Below, in pieces: positions 38,635-49,240 of a DNA stretch of 64,000 bases (position 1 is its first letter; the number at the start of each line of letters is the position of its first letter). This DNA comes from Candidatus Hydrogenedentota bacterium (GTDB lineage: Bacteria > Hydrogenedentota > Hydrogenedentia > Hydrogenedentales > JAEUWI01). Under the pieces are notes generated by a model. That model did not search any database, had not been told where the DNA came from, and saw only the letters and a list, made by a program, of their open reading frames with translations. The DNA is taken from assembly GCA_034669905.1 (NCBI GenBank), contig JAXMOL010000013.1, positions 1 through 64,000 of the forward strand, read 5' to 3'. Made by a program: the position numbers and the translations under genes.

Positions 38635-39237
38635 TTACGGGGCGCTCACCGTGGTGTACACAAGAACGGATACGCTGACGTCAAATCGTATATCCTCCGC
38701 TTCGAGGGGGTTGGCCCCGTCAAGTCGGAGCGTGGGCACACCACATTGTCCATCTTCGAGGTCATTGAGCAGATCGACCGGGTTGTTCTGGGTGAGTGAG
38801 ACCATGGTCCCCAACCCATCGTTGTCTGCCGCGGCACCCAGGAGCAGCGCATCGGCACCCGGCTCCACGATTGTCAGCGTCAGTTCTGCGGTGGTAAAGG
38901 GCTGGAAGGTGCCTTCGGTTGCGGTTAGATTAGTGGAAGCCAACTCAACACGGGTGATGGTCACGAGATCGGCGATGAGATCACCGGCCGCGGCCCGGAC
39001 CATGGCGTCCAGGTCCTCTTCCGTAAAGAGATCACAAAATGCGCCGAGGTTTACTTCTGCGGAGCCCCCTGCCGCGGCCGCAGCCGATACGTCCACATTG
39101 GAGATAAGGTTGAGGGTAACGGGGATAGGTGGCAGTGTAATGCCATTGCAGCCCGACAGCTGCCCACTGGAAAGGCCAATGAGCAGGGCCAACAGGGGGA
39201 GTCGTTTGAGAAAGCGTGCAGCGGGTCTACGTGTCAT
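38635..39237 (-). CDS. Hypothetical acidic lipoprotein, paralog A
   Basis: Lipobox LSG|C; 200 aa; shares LPPIPVT, VNLGAFCDLFTEEDL and NDGLGT with the neighbour. Confidence 0.75.
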   Translation of the reverse strand: MTRRPAARFLKRLPLLALLIGLSSGQLSGCNGITLPPIPVTLNLISNVDVSAAAAAGGSAEVNLGAFCDLFTEEDLDAMVRAAAGDLIADLVTITRVELASTNLTATEGTFQPFTTAELTLTIVEPGADALLLGAAADNDGLGTMVSLTQNNPVDLLNDLEDGQCGVPTLRLDGANPLEAEDIRFDVSVSVLVYTTVSAP

Positions 39238-39373
39238 GGGGCATCTCTCCAGATTACGGCTAAGATTGAGGTCCGGATGGCCAAGGACCATCCCTACCAC
39301 TGTACCACGAGTTCTCGTGTTGCCCTGTCCTGGAGGGTTTTGCTGATGCTTTCTGGGGTTGTATCTCCTTTTA

Positions 39374-40405
39374 TTACAAAGATTTAAAGGCGGCGAGGAA
39401 TTTCCACATCGTCTTTTCCCAGTCGTAACGACTGGCGATCTGTTTACCCGTTTGAATACGCTTGGCACGGCTCTGTCCGTCTTCCGACAGCACCCGCTTG
39501 AGGGACTGAAAAAAGGCGTCCAGGCTTTCGCCGTTGAAGTAAATGGGGGCATCGCCCGCTACTTCGGAAATGCCCCGGGAGCCTGCGGCCAAAACTGGGA
39601 CCCCGGCAGCCAGGGCTTCCAGGATGCGTAATCCCGAGCCGTCCTGGGGAGCGGCATAGAGAAAGAAGGCGGATTCCTGGTAGAGGCCGGCCAGGTGATT
39701 CGCGGGGCACTGCTCAATACGTACCACACCCGGTCCCCACTGGGCTGGCTCTTCGGGGAGGCCCGGTCCCACGACGACCTGGGTAAACGGGAACTCGTCG
39801 CGGCGTTTTTCCAGGGCGGCGCGGATGGTCGCCAGCAGGGGGGCGGTGAGGGGATCGTAGAACAGGACGATGTAAGGCTTCTCAACGACGGATAAGGTGG
39901 GATTCTCCAGGCCTGCCGCGATGCCGGGAGGGGCCACGATAATACGTTCCATAGGCGCTTCGAAGAGTTCGAGGCAACGTCGCCGCAAATGATCCGTGGG
40001 GGTAATGATGTGCTTGGCAGTGGCACAGACCCGCTTGGTATCTTTCAGGTTTCCGGCACCCCCTTCCCAGGGGGCCAAATCCATGGCCACGAGGACCTGG
40101 GGTACAGCCGTCCGGGTCAGCGCCGTCTGAAGGGGGGAAATAACAAAATCGGCCCCCTGCTTTTTCAGGAGCCCATCCACGTTGTCGTTTCGGGTCAGGC
40201 GCGCACGGAAACCCGTCTCCGGTGCGGCGGACTCCACGCTGGGGAGTTCGGGAAAGGGCGAGGCCTCATCACGCACGTGGAGGCAGGAAAATTGCACGGA
40301 CGGTTTTTCGCGTTGAATCCGGGCGATGACCTGCGCGAGATAGCGCACAATATGATGGGGGAAGGGCAGGGCCGTTCCCGGAAGGGTGTTGATGACAATA
40401 TGCAT
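39374..40405 (-). CDS. Glycosyltransferase family 4 (GT-B)
   Basis: DGSGLRILEALAAGVPV, EVAGDA, YDWEKT. Confidence 0.78.
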   Translation of the reverse strand: MHIVINTLPGTALPFPHHIVRYLAQVIARIQREKPSVQFSCLHVRDEASPFPELPSVESAAPETGFRARLTRNDNVDGLLKKQGADFVISPLQTALTRTAVPQVLVAMDLAPWEGGAGNLKDTKRVCATAKHIITPTDHLRRRCLELFEAPMERIIVAPPGIAAGLENPTLSVVEKPYIVLFYDPLTAPLLATIRAALEKRRDEFPFTQVVVGPGLPEEPAQWGPGVVRIEQCPANHLAGLYQESAFFLYAAPQDGSGLRILEALAAGVPVLAAGSRGISEVAGDAPIYFNGESLDAFFQSLKRVLSEDGQSRAKRIQTGKQIASRYDWEKTMWKFLAAFKSL

Positions 40406-40755
40406 AGCAGGGAGAATGGATATCCAAAGTCGGTTGCAACTACTGACCCCAGCGGCAGCTGCCGCTCGAAGGGACTTATTCTATACCAATTCGATGGCAG
40501 AATCACCGAAAAGGGTTCCCGCAGCGTCCGGGGCCTGATTTCGGGAAAAGTCACGGTGCCGTGGCAAACATAGAAACGGTCCCGAGGGCCATGTTAAACT
40601 ATGTTTACGAGCACGCCGTGTGTCGGATGGGATGCAGTTCCCATTCAGGGCAGCCGTCTTCCAGGACCCCCAACTTCCACCGTAATGGTGCGCAGTTACC
40701 GGCCTCGTCTACCCTGGTTTCTTACTTCTTAAGCTGGTCTAAGGATAGTGTTTCG

Positions 40756-41637
40756 ATGAATCAACTCGATCAACTGGAATCCAAGAGCATCCATATTCTC
40801 CGGGAAGCATACCGCGAGTTTAATAACCTTTGCATGCTCTGGTCCATCGGTAAAGACAGTACGGTCATGCTCTGGCTCGCCCGGAAAGCCTTTTTCGGTC
40901 ACTGTCCCTTGCCCCTGGTGCACGTGGACACGTCCTACAAGATTCCGCAAATGATTGAATACCGCGACAACTTGGCGCGGGAATGGAATCTCAACATGGT
41001 GGTGGGCCAGAATAAAGAGGCCATCGCCAACAAGCAGACCTTTCCCGAAGGCAATCTGACCCGTCTGGAGTGTTGCAAGGCCCTCAAGAGCGAGGCCCTC
41101 AAGCACACCCTCTCGGGGGAATGGGAGCGCATGCGCCTCAATCACACGACCGGTGAGTATGAGGTGGACACCAACACGGAGCCCTACACCGGCGTCATTG
41201 TAGGTGTGCGCTCGGATGAGGAAGGCAGCCGCTCCAAGGAACGCTACTTTTCCCCCCGTGACCGTCAGAATGACTGGGACGTGGATGATCAGCCACCGGA
41301 ATTGTGGAATCAGTACAAGACTGATTTCTCGCCCGGAACCCACGTGCGCATCCACCCCTTGCTGGACTGGACGGAACTGAACCTCTGGGAATATATCCAA
41401 CGGGAAAACATCCCCCTGGTCGACCTTTACTTCGATCGGGGCGAAGGCACCCGCTACCGCTCCCTGGGCTGCGGTCCCTGCACGAGCTGCGTGGAGTCCA
41501 CCTCGAAAAATGTGGATGAGGTGGTCGAAGAGATTCGCAGTGGTAAATTTGCCAACATCGCTGAACGTTCCGGGCGCGCCCAGGACAAAGACGATGGCGG
41601 TGGTTTGGAGACCCTGCGCCGCGACGGATACATGTAG
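40756..41637 (+). CDS. cysD: Sulfate adenylyltransferase subunit 2
   Basis: [44 protein letters not shown]. Confidence 0.95.
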   Translation: MNQLDQLESKSIHILREAYREFNNLCMLWSIGKDSTVMLWLARKAFFGHCPLPLVHVDTSYKIPQMIEYRDNLAREWNLNMVVGQNKEAIANKQTFPEGNLTRLECCKALKSEALKHTLSGEWERMRLNHTTGEYEVDTNTEPYTGVIVGVRSDEEGSRSKERYFSPRDRQNDWDVDDQPPELWNQYKTDFSPGTHVRIHPLLDWTELNLWEYIQRENIPLVDLYFDRGEGTRYRSLGCGPCTSCVESTSKNVDEVVEEIRSGKFANIAERSGRAQDKDDGGGLETLRRDGYM

Positions 41638-41741
41638 GCTTCTCCGCTTCCCCGGCATGGGGGAGCACGCGTAACGCACTGTGTTGACGGTCCCCGTAGC
41701 CGTCGGATATTTCAATTCCCAACTTGCTGGACACACCATTA

Positions 41742-43550
41742 ATGAGCACGAATTCGATTCTTGATCGCGAACACATGGATATTGTGATTGTGGGCCACGT
41801 GGACCACGGTAAGAGCACGGTCATTGGCCGTCTGATGGCCGACACCAATTCGCTGCCCGAAGGGAAGCTCGAACAGGTCAAGGCCATGTGCGCTGCGAAC
41901 GCGCGCCCCTTCGAATACGCCTTCCTGCTCGACGCCCTCAAGAATGAGCAGGCCCAGGGTATCACCATCGACACGGCCCGGTGTTTCTTCAAGACGGAAA
42001 AGCGTCATTACATCATCAACGACGCCCCCGGACACATCGAGTTTCTGAAGAATATGGTTACGGGTGCCGCCCGTGCGGAAGCTGCCTTGCTTGTAATCGA
42101 CGCCGGCGAAGGCGTTCAGGAAAACAGCAAGCGCCATGGCTACATGGTTTCCATGCTCGGCGTAAAGCAGCTCTGTGTGCTGGTGAATAAGATGGACCTC
42201 GTGGAGTACAGCGAGGAAAAGTTTACCGCCATCAAAGAAGAATACACAGAATTCCTGGAGCAATTGGGCGTCCATCCCACGGCGTTCATTCCGGTGAGTG
42301 CCCGTGAAGGCGTGAACATTGCCGCCAGTCCCAAGGCGGAGATGCCGTGGTACGATGGCATGACGGTGCTGGAACAGGTCGATGCCTTCGAGAAAATGCG
42401 GGGCGATGCCGACAAGACCTTCCGTCTTCCGGTGCAGGACATTTACAAGTTCACCGCCTCGGGCGACGATCGCCGCATTGTGGCCGGTACGGTGACCACC
42501 GGTAAGGTGCGCGTAGGCGATGCAGTGCGTTTCCTGCCCTCCGGCAAAGAGTCGGTGGTGAAGTCCATCGAAGGTTTTTCCATGGCGCCCCAGACCGAAG
42601 CAACGGCGGGTTACGCTACGGGCGTGACGCTCACGACCCAAATCTACATCAAGCCTGGCGAGCTTATGGTGCGCGCCGATGAGCCCCAGCCCAAAGTGAG
42701 CCGCCGCTTCCGGATCAACATGTTCTGGATGGGCCGTCCCCCGATGGTTATGGGCAAGCAATATAAACTCAAAGTGGGTGCGGCCTCCGTATCCGCCGAG
42801 TTGGCCGAAGTTATCCAGGTGCTCGATGCTTCCGAGCTCAGCTCGGTTACCAACAAGAAGCAGGTGGACCGCCACGACGTGGCTGAATGTATCGTGGAGA
42901 CGACCCGTCCCATCGCCTTTGACCTGCGCAACGAGTTGGAAACCACGGGCCGCGTGGTCATCGTCGATGACTTCGAAATTGCCGGTGCCGGGGTTATCCT
43001 CGAATCCCTCGACGACACCGGCTCCGTGATGGCCGAGCACATTCAGCAGCGTGAATTCGCCTGGGAGCGGGGGCTGGTTACCAACGAAGAGCGCGCCGAA
43101 CGTTATGGCAACGTGGGTAAACTGATCATTCTCCACGGTGAATATGGATGCGGCAAGCGCCGCACGGCCAAGCAGCTCGAACGTGCCCTTTTCGATATGG
43201 GCCACAAGACCTACTACTTCGGCATTTCCAATTACTTCGAAGAACTTGATCACGACGTCCGCACCCGGGACCGTGCCCGTGAAAATCACCTGGAGAAACT
43301 GGGTGATCTTGCCCGGGTCATCACCGATGCAGGAAGTCTCCTGATCACCACCGTGACCGACGCCGACGACTACGATCTCGAACGCCTCAAGATGATGACG
43401 GCTCCCATCGAGATTTTTGTGGTGAATCTGGGCGAGAATCAGTTCGACAACTTCCCCGTCGATGTGGCCTTGCCCTATCGCCCGGAGATGGACGACGCCA
43501 TTAAGACCATCGTGGACACGCTGCGGGCCAAGGGTATCTTGCTCAAGTAG
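41742..43550 (+). CDS. cysN: Sulfate adenylyltransferase subunit 1 fused to a degenerate APS-kinase-like domain
   Basis: GHVDHGKST, EQAQGITID, DAPGH, NKMD, SA; C-terminal P-loop-like GEYGCGK. Confidence 0.93.
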   Translation: MSTNSILDREHMDIVIVGHVDHGKSTVIGRLMADTNSLPEGKLEQVKAMCAANARPFEYAFLLDALKNEQAQGITIDTARCFFKTEKRHYIINDAPGHIEFLKNMVTGAARAEAALLVIDAGEGVQENSKRHGYMVSMLGVKQLCVLVNKMDLVEYSEEKFTAIKEEYTEFLEQLGVHPTAFIPVSAREGVNIAASPKAEMPWYDGMTVLEQVDAFEKMRGDADKTFRLPVQDIYKFTASGDDRRIVAGTVTTGKVRVGDAVRFLPSGKESVVKSIEGFSMAPQTEATAGYATGVTLTTQIYIKPGELMVRADEPQPKVSRRFRINMFWMGRPPMVMGKQYKLKVGAASVSAELAEVIQVLDASELSSVTNKKQVDRHDVAECIVETTRPIAFDLRNELETTGRVVIVDDFEIAGAGVILESLDDTGSVMAEHIQQREFAWERGLVTNEERAERYGNVGKLIILHGEYGCGKRRTAKQLERALFDMGHKTYYFGISNYFEELDHDVRTRDRARENHLEKLGDLARVITDAGSLLITTVTDADDYDLERLKMMTAPIEIFVVNLGENQFDNFPVDVALPYRPEMDDAIKTIVDTLRAKGILLK

Positions 43551-43617
43551 GCCAGTGGGCGGGGATGGTGGTGTGGCGGACGCACTACGTGTTGGCCATC
43601 GTTATTGAGGTCAGCGT

Positions 43618-44040
43618 TCAGTCGTGGGGCGTCCGGGGTTGGTAGATCGAAAGGCCGAGGTGCTGGGAATATCCCAGGAAATCCTTGTCGGTCGTAAATA
43701 CCGGCGCATTGTAACGGAGTGATAGGGCACAGATTAGGAAATCGATCTGAGAACCCTGTATCCCCTTTCGTCTACAGGTGTTAAAGGCCCGCGCTGCCTC
43801 TTCATGATCTTCCGCTTTAATGGGGAGTTCGTCAAAGGGAGCCAAGTGCTTCCGGACATGCTCAAACTGAGTTTCCTCCGAGATTCCAGAAAGAATCTCC
43901 TGACGAATCGGGCCAATGATGACGGCCCGTAGTTCACGTATCAACTCGGCGAGTTCCCCAACCAGAAGCTCGTCGGCCGCTTTCCTGCTCCGTCGACGCA
44001 GCGCCAGCGACCAGATAGTGGTGTCCACAAGTACTATCAC
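43618..44040 (-). CDS. vapC: PIN-domain toxin (VapC-like)
   Basis: VLVDTTIW, IRQEILSG, IDFLICA, FTTDKDF acidic PIN tetrad. Confidence 0.9.
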   Translation of the reverse strand: MIVLVDTTIWSLALRRRSRKAADELLVGELAELIRELRAVIIGPIRQEILSGISEETQFEHVRKHLAPFDELPIKAEDHEEAARAFNTCRRKGIQGSQIDFLICALSLRYNAPVFTTDKDFLGYSQHLGLSIYQPRTPHD

Positions 44041-44237
44041 CGACGTCGGCGACCTTTCTTATGGTCGTAGTCCGGGGCGAAATCAATCGTTCCAAACAAA
44101 TCAAGGATCTCTCCCTGTTTGCGGCGCTGAATAAACTCGCGTAGGGCCTCGTTTACCGTATCTTTTTTGGTCTTGAGACCGCCTTGCTTCAGTGCCTCGC
44201 TGAGGAGCTTCGCATCGATTGCCAGATTTGTGGGCAT
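44037..44237 (-). CDS. vapB: VapB-type antitoxin
   Basis: MPTNLAID, TKKDTVNEALREFI; 4-nt overlap with the PIN toxin; GGAGG RBS. Confidence 0.9.
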   Translation of the reverse strand: MPTNLAIDAKLLSEALKQGGLKTKKDTVNEALREFIQRRKQGEILDLFGTIDFAPDYDHKKGRRRR

Positions 44238-44265
44238 AATGTACACCTCCTTTACACAGATCGTA

Positions 44266-44281
44266 ACACAAGGCTTTGTGT
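44266..44281. promoter_or_regulatory. Inverted repeat, candidate VapBC autoregulatory operator
   Basis: ACACAA-GGCT-TTGTGT about 30 nt upstream of the vapB start. Confidence 0.5.
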
Positions 44282-44416
44282 GTGACAAGGGCTTCTCGTC
44301 ACTGGACCTTTCCCGGAAAGCACTTTCTTCAGATACAAAAGTGGCCGAAGAGTGGTCCCCCGTGAGACCGACTCCCCGACCGCTTTGGGTCAGCAGATGG
44401 TTGGCGTCATGTTTCC

Positions 44417-46342
44417 TTAGTTCTTGCCGCCCGGCAGCGCGTAGCTGTACAGGTGCGAGCCGCTGCCAAAGTAAATCCGCCCCTCGTGGTAGTCGCCACC
44501 TGGCCCGATGGGGACGGGGGATTCGGCGAGCAAGGTGATTGCGTGGGTCTCGCGATTCACCTGGGCGACGCCTTTTCGGAAGAGCATGTACAGGGCGCCG
44601 TCTGGGCCGGGTACGAAGACGCGGGGTCCCTGGTGGGAGATGGTTTTGCCCAGGGTCTCCTCCGTATCAAATTGGTGGAGGATTGCTTTCGTCGCGGGGT
44701 CAAAGACGAAAAAGTGACGTTGGTCGGCGACGCCATAGACGAGGCCCGCTTCCGTTGCGTAGAGGTCCGTGTAGTTATTGACCTCGGGGAGGAGCGGAGC
44801 GTGCCACGTGATGGCGTGGGTGGCGAGGTCCAGAAGATAGAGTTCTGCGAGGGTGGCCTTCTTTTCGCCCCCTGTGCCCGCGCCCGTGGTGGTTCCGCCC
44901 ACAATCTGATTTCCCGGAAGGGCCGCCAGACTCAGGGTTGAATGTTCAGGGATGAGGTCCGTGTGCTCGACGAGGACGCGCTCGCTGGTCTCTCGGTTCC
45001 AGAAGAGCAAGCCACCGCCCGTGTGGCCATAGCCCGGCGTCCCCGCCAGAATGACGTCTTTGCCATTGGGGTGGGCGAGGAGGTCGTGGGGACGGTGGAT
45101 GGTGGGGGTGCAGTCGGTGAGGAACTGGGGGTTCTTCCGAGCTTTGTTTTTCTTCGTCTCAACCCACTCCTTGGCGGGATTCCACTCCAGGAGGAAGCCC
45201 CCGCCATAGCCGCCGACGAAGAAACGATCGCCCTGACGGGCCACGGTATTCCACTGACCATAGGTGGCGCGGTTTGTCCACGCATCGGTGGTGGGGTTGT
45301 ATTGAAACGTGCGCATGGGGAAGGCTGTGCCGCCAGCCAGGGTGCCATCGGGTGCGGTGGCAATACCCATGATGTGGGCCCCTTCGCTGGAGTAGTCAAA
45401 GGAATGTTTCGCAACGGTGCCCGTGGCGGGGTCTTCGACCTCCAGGGTGCGCGTAACCGTGTCACATACCTTCAGGATTTTTCCATCGGGAAAGGTGTTG
45501 TGGAAAAGGCCCTGGCTACTGGTGATGATAGGCTTGGCATTTACTGTGGGCTTTTCGATGGCCGTTGCTTTGCCCTCGTAATAGGCGTACCAGTATTCAT
45601 CGCTGCCGGAATGGCCATAGACTTTGCCGTCCTGATCGCGGACCACATAACCGGCTCCCTTGACCCGTTCCTCCTCGGGCACGAGGGGCGTGGCCGTCTC
45701 GGTCCTGGGGTCAAAGGCGATTACCTGGCTGGCCGTGCTGCCGATGCCAAAGTAAATCCATCCCGCGTCATCGGCCGCCACATAGCGCTGATACTGTTTC
45801 CAATTCTGGGCGTAGACATGGCCGTAGTCGGTCAGGGTCTGGGTCTTGGGGTCAAAGGCCGCGACCCCACTGTTGGGATAGGTCACGGACCAGATGTTTC
45901 CGTTGTCATCTTCCGTCATACCCATGGCCATCTGGGGTACCGTTTTCTGGTGGAAGGTGAAGGCGCGCTTGACGGGGTCGAAGACCGTGAAGTGGCTGTT
46001 GAAGTGGGTGTAAAACTTGTTGTCGCTCGACAGGATCGAGGCATAGGGACAATCGCCGCCCGGAGGAAAGGGCATGGGATATTCCTCCGCCTTCCCCGAT
46101 TCGGCGTCGATAAGCAACAGGGCATAGCCCCCCCGGTGATCAAAGAGCCACAGGAGCACGACGTTCTTCCCGTCGCCATCTACCGTGGCCACCGTGCCCC
46201 GGTGGTTGCTGACGGGCGTGGCGACACCGTGGTGCAAAAAGCCATTGCCCAGGTCTTCCCGTTCGGCCTGCGCTGCCAGGGGTGCCAACAGGGCAACGGC
46301 CATGGCGAGTCCCAGGGCCGATTTTCGAATAGTGAGATACAT
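44417..46342 (-). CDS. Secreted beta-propeller protein, unknown function
   Basis: Signal peptide AQA|E; repeated FDP.T and D.DG..Y/W blade motifs. Confidence 0.7.
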   Translation of the reverse strand: MYLTIRKSALGLAMAVALLAPLAAQAEREDLGNGFLHHGVATPVSNHRGTVATVDGDGKNVVLLWLFDHRGGYALLLIDAESGKAEEYPMPFPPGGDCPYASILSSDNKFYTHFNSHFTVFDPVKRAFTFHQKTVPQMAMGMTEDDNGNIWSVTYPNSGVAAFDPKTQTLTDYGHVYAQNWKQYQRYVAADDAGWIYFGIGSTASQVIAFDPRTETATPLVPEEERVKGAGYVVRDQDGKVYGHSGSDEYWYAYYEGKATAIEKPTVNAKPIITSSQGLFHNTFPDGKILKVCDTVTRTLEVEDPATGTVAKHSFDYSSEGAHIMGIATAPDGTLAGGTAFPMRTFQYNPTTDAWTNRATYGQWNTVARQGDRFFVGGYGGGFLLEWNPAKEWVETKKNKARKNPQFLTDCTPTIHRPHDLLAHPNGKDVILAGTPGYGHTGGGLLFWNRETSERVLVEHTDLIPEHSTLSLAALPGNQIVGGTTTGAGTGGEKKATLAELYLLDLATHAITWHAPLLPEVNNYTDLYATEAGLVYGVADQRHFFVFDPATKAILHQFDTEETLGKTISHQGPRVFVPGPDGALYMLFRKGVAQVNRETHAITLLAESPVPIGPGGDYHEGRIYFGSGSHLYSYALPGGKN

Positions 46343-46670
46343 TACAAACTCCAATTAACGTGATTGATTCAGGGGGGGCGAGACGATTCCGATCGAATGT
46401 CCGAAGCCACAAAACGAAGCCATTCTTGCAGATCCCCAGCGCGCTTGTCATGGTTTGTCCGTTTCGTTGGGCATTGATGTTACGAAATTACACAGGATTG
46501 GGTAGAAATGCCACGCCAGTCGGGGTGTGCGGTACGCCAAATCTGTTTAACTTTTAAGGAGACCGTTGGCATACTCTTTGCACTCTCCACGCAGGGTGGG
46601 CGCTATCGGGCACCTGCCCACCAGCCCGCCCACACAAACGATAGTCGTAGTTCACTTGGAGGACCGAGTC

Positions 46671-46994
46671 ATGACACCACCCGCCTGGAACGCAAAAGAT
46701 GAGCGGCAATACGAGGCCGTGAAGCAGTCCCTGAAACGAAACGGCAAGTCAGAGGAACGGGCCCGGGAGATTGCCGCCCGGGTGGTGAATAATCAACGTC
46801 GCGAAGAGGGGCGTACCCCCAACCGGCGCACCCAGGGGACGGGAAATCCAAACACGTCGCTGGAAGAACGCACCGTCGATCAATTGCAGAACATCGCCGC
46901 GAACCTGAATGTGTCCGGACGTAGCACGATGCGAAAGGACGAACTCATTGAAGCCATTCGTGCGCGCCGCGGACAGCACAGCCATTCGGCGTGA
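46671..46994 (+). CDS. Small basic protein with C-terminal Rho_N-like motif
   Basis: GGAGG RBS; KDERQYEAVK..ARE IAARVVN; TVDQL...GRSTMRKDELIEAI. Confidence 0.78.
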   Translation: MTPPAWNAKDERQYEAVKQSLKRNGKSEERAREIAARVVNNQRREEGRTPNRRTQGTGNPNTSLEERTVDQLQNIAANLNVSGRSTMRKDELIEAIRARRGQHSHSA

Positions 46995-47187
46995 GTGCGT
47001 CGCAGACCCGCCAGGGGTGCAGGCGTCTTCGCTCTTGGGATTTTACGGGACGACTTGATTCTCTCCCGCACGCTCGCTAGACTTGGATTTCCTTAAATCC
47101 GTCCAACGCCATCAGAACCACGGGGCAGTCTTGTGACACGTACCAGGCTTCAGCCGGGGGTGTCCTCTGCCCGTTTCAGGAAGTATC

Positions 47188-49191
47188 ATGACCACTACGC
47201 CACGCCTAAGCACGTTTCTCACGATGACCCTTTTCATGACCGGTGCGGCCTTTGCAGACGTTAACCAGGCGATGCTTGACCGCGTGGCCTCGGGCGAGGT
47301 GAAGGAAGCCAACGCCTCGTGGTGGGGTTTTGACCCCGAAGACGCCACGGAAGCGCTGCAGGCGGCCATTGATTCGGGCGTGGCCAAGCTCACCGTGGAG
47401 AACATGGGCAAGCCGTGGGTCGTGCGGCCCATCCTATTGGCCAGTGACCAGGAAATTGTCTTTGAGGAGGGCGTGGAGGTCGTCGCCAAGCGCGGGGAAT
47501 TCAAAGGGCGGGGCGATTCGCTGTTCAAGGCCGCCGGCAAGTCCAACATCACGCTCATCGGTTACGGGGCCACCCTTCGCATGCATCGCTCCGATTATGA
47601 CAACCCTGAATTGTATGAAAAGGCGGAATGGCGTCATACCCTCAGTATTCGCAGCAGTTCGAACGTGAAGGTTTATGGCCTGACGCTGGCCGAGAGTGGG
47701 GGGGACGGGATCTATCTCGGTATCGCCACCCGTGGGGTCACCAACAAAGACATCCACATCAAAGACGTGGTCTGCGAAAGCCACTATCGCCAGGGCATCA
47801 GCGTGATTTCCGCGGAGAACCTGCTCATCGAAGACACGGTCATGCGCAACACGAAGGGCACCGCGCCCCAGGCGGGTATCGACTTCGAGCCCAATAACGC
47901 CGACGAACGGCTCGTCAATGTGGTCATGCGCAATTGCCTGAGCGAGAACAACACCGGAGATGGCTATATGTTGTATCTTCGCCCCTTGAAGAAGGCCTCG
48001 GCGCCCCTTTCGGTGCGCTTCGAGAACTGTCGTGCCGTCGATAACTATGGGGCCGGCGCGCGCATCATCAACAATAATCTGCCGGAGGAAGCGGTGACGG
48101 GTCGTGTGGTGTTTGCCGACTGCACCCTGGAAGGGGGCACACGCCCTGCCATTACGGTAGATGGGAACCCGCCCTCGGGGCTCGCGATCCGCTATGAGGA
48201 TGTCACCATCATCAATCCGTCGGCAGACGAACCCGCCATGACGCCCATCCAATTCCGCAGCGGACGGGATTCGGAACAGCCCATAGGGGGCGTCACCTTT
48301 GAAAACGTGCGTATCCAGGACGGGGTCGAACGCAATCCCATGGGTTACCTGGATTCCGCCGGTGGCCTGCCCCTCGAAGATATTCGTGGTACCCTGATTG
48401 CCGTCCATGGGGACAGGGAAGAGCGCCTCACGCTGACCTCCGAGCTGCTGGATCGCTGGATGCCCGTAGAAGCGATTAAGCAAATTCCCCGTTTGCCGCT
48501 GGAACTGCGTGGGCTCCAGCCCCTCAGCGCCACCGCCCCGGAAAAGGGTTATGGCTTTGGTTTCGCAAAGCTGCGCAGGAACGGCGACTTTGCCCTCTAT
48601 GCCGCTGCGGGCGACGAAGTGCGCCTGGTCATGCACTACTGGCCCGTGGGCTCCGGTAGTGGCAAAGACGTGCCTGTCGTTGTTACGGCGCCTTCGGGGG
48701 AAACAGTCCACCGCCAGGAAATTCCCATCGGGTCCAAGAGTAACGTCCACTTCACGGCACCGGAAACCGGGGTCTACCGTATGAGCGCCGATCCGAAAAC
48801 CAACCGCCTCGCCCTGACCGAAAGTTCCCACCCCGTGAACGTGATTTCCGAGGGGGGGGCCCTCCGGCTGATACACGGCGGTGGCGACTACGCCTTTTGG
48901 GTACCCGCCGGAACGACTGAGTTTGCCGTGCGCGTGACGGGCGAGGGCTCCAGCGAGGCCATCCGCGCCGCCCTCATCAATCCCGACGGGGAAGTCGTTG
49001 AAGAGGTGGACAACATGGTGGCCATGCATCAATTCGAAATGACGCTGCCGGAAGACAGTCCGGGCGCTGCGTGGTCGATTCGATTGTCCAAGCCCTCTAC
49101 CCGTCCCTGGGAAGATCATTCCGTGGATCTGCGGGGCGTACCGCCGCTCTTCGCGCCGTCCGCGGAGGCGCTGCTGGTGCCCGGGAAGTAA
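47188..49191 (+). CDS. Secreted right-handed beta-helix protein with C-terminal beta-sandwich domains
   Basis: Signal peptide AFA|D; DATEALQAAIDSG, GGDGIY, YRQGISVIS, PQAGIDFEPN. Confidence 0.8.
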   Translation: MTTTPRLSTFLTMTLFMTGAAFADVNQAMLDRVASGEVKEANASWWGFDPEDATEALQAAIDSGVAKLTVENMGKPWVVRPILLASDQEIVFEEGVEVVAKRGEFKGRGDSLFKAAGKSNITLIGYGATLRMHRSDYDNPELYEKAEWRHTLSIRSSSNVKVYGLTLAESGGDGIYLGIATRGVTNKDIHIKDVVCESHYRQGISVISAENLLIEDTVMRNTKGTAPQAGIDFEPNNADERLVNVVMRNCLSENNTGDGYMLYLRPLKKASAPLSVRFENCRAVDNYGAGARIINNNLPEEAVTGRVVFADCTLEGGTRPAITVDGNPPSGLAIRYEDVTIINPSADEPAMTPIQFRSGRDSEQPIGGVTFENVRIQDGVERNPMGYLDSAGGLPLEDIRGTLIAVHGDREERLTLTSELLDRWMPVEAIKQIPRLPLELRGLQPLSATAPEKGYGFGFAKLRRNGDFALYAAAGDEVRLVMHYWPVGSGSGKDVPVVVTAPSGETVHRQEIPIGSKSNVHFTAPETGVYRMSADPKTNRLALTESSHPVNVISEGGALRLIHGGGDYAFWVPAGTTEFAVRVTGEGSSEAIRAALINPDGEVVEEVDNMVAMHQFEMTLPEDSPGAAWSIRLSKPSTRPWEDHSVDLRGVPPLFAPSAEALLVPGK

Positions 49192-49240
49192 TGGTCGGAG
49201 AGGTGGTTTTGACACTTTCTCGTGTCCGTGACTCCCGTAA

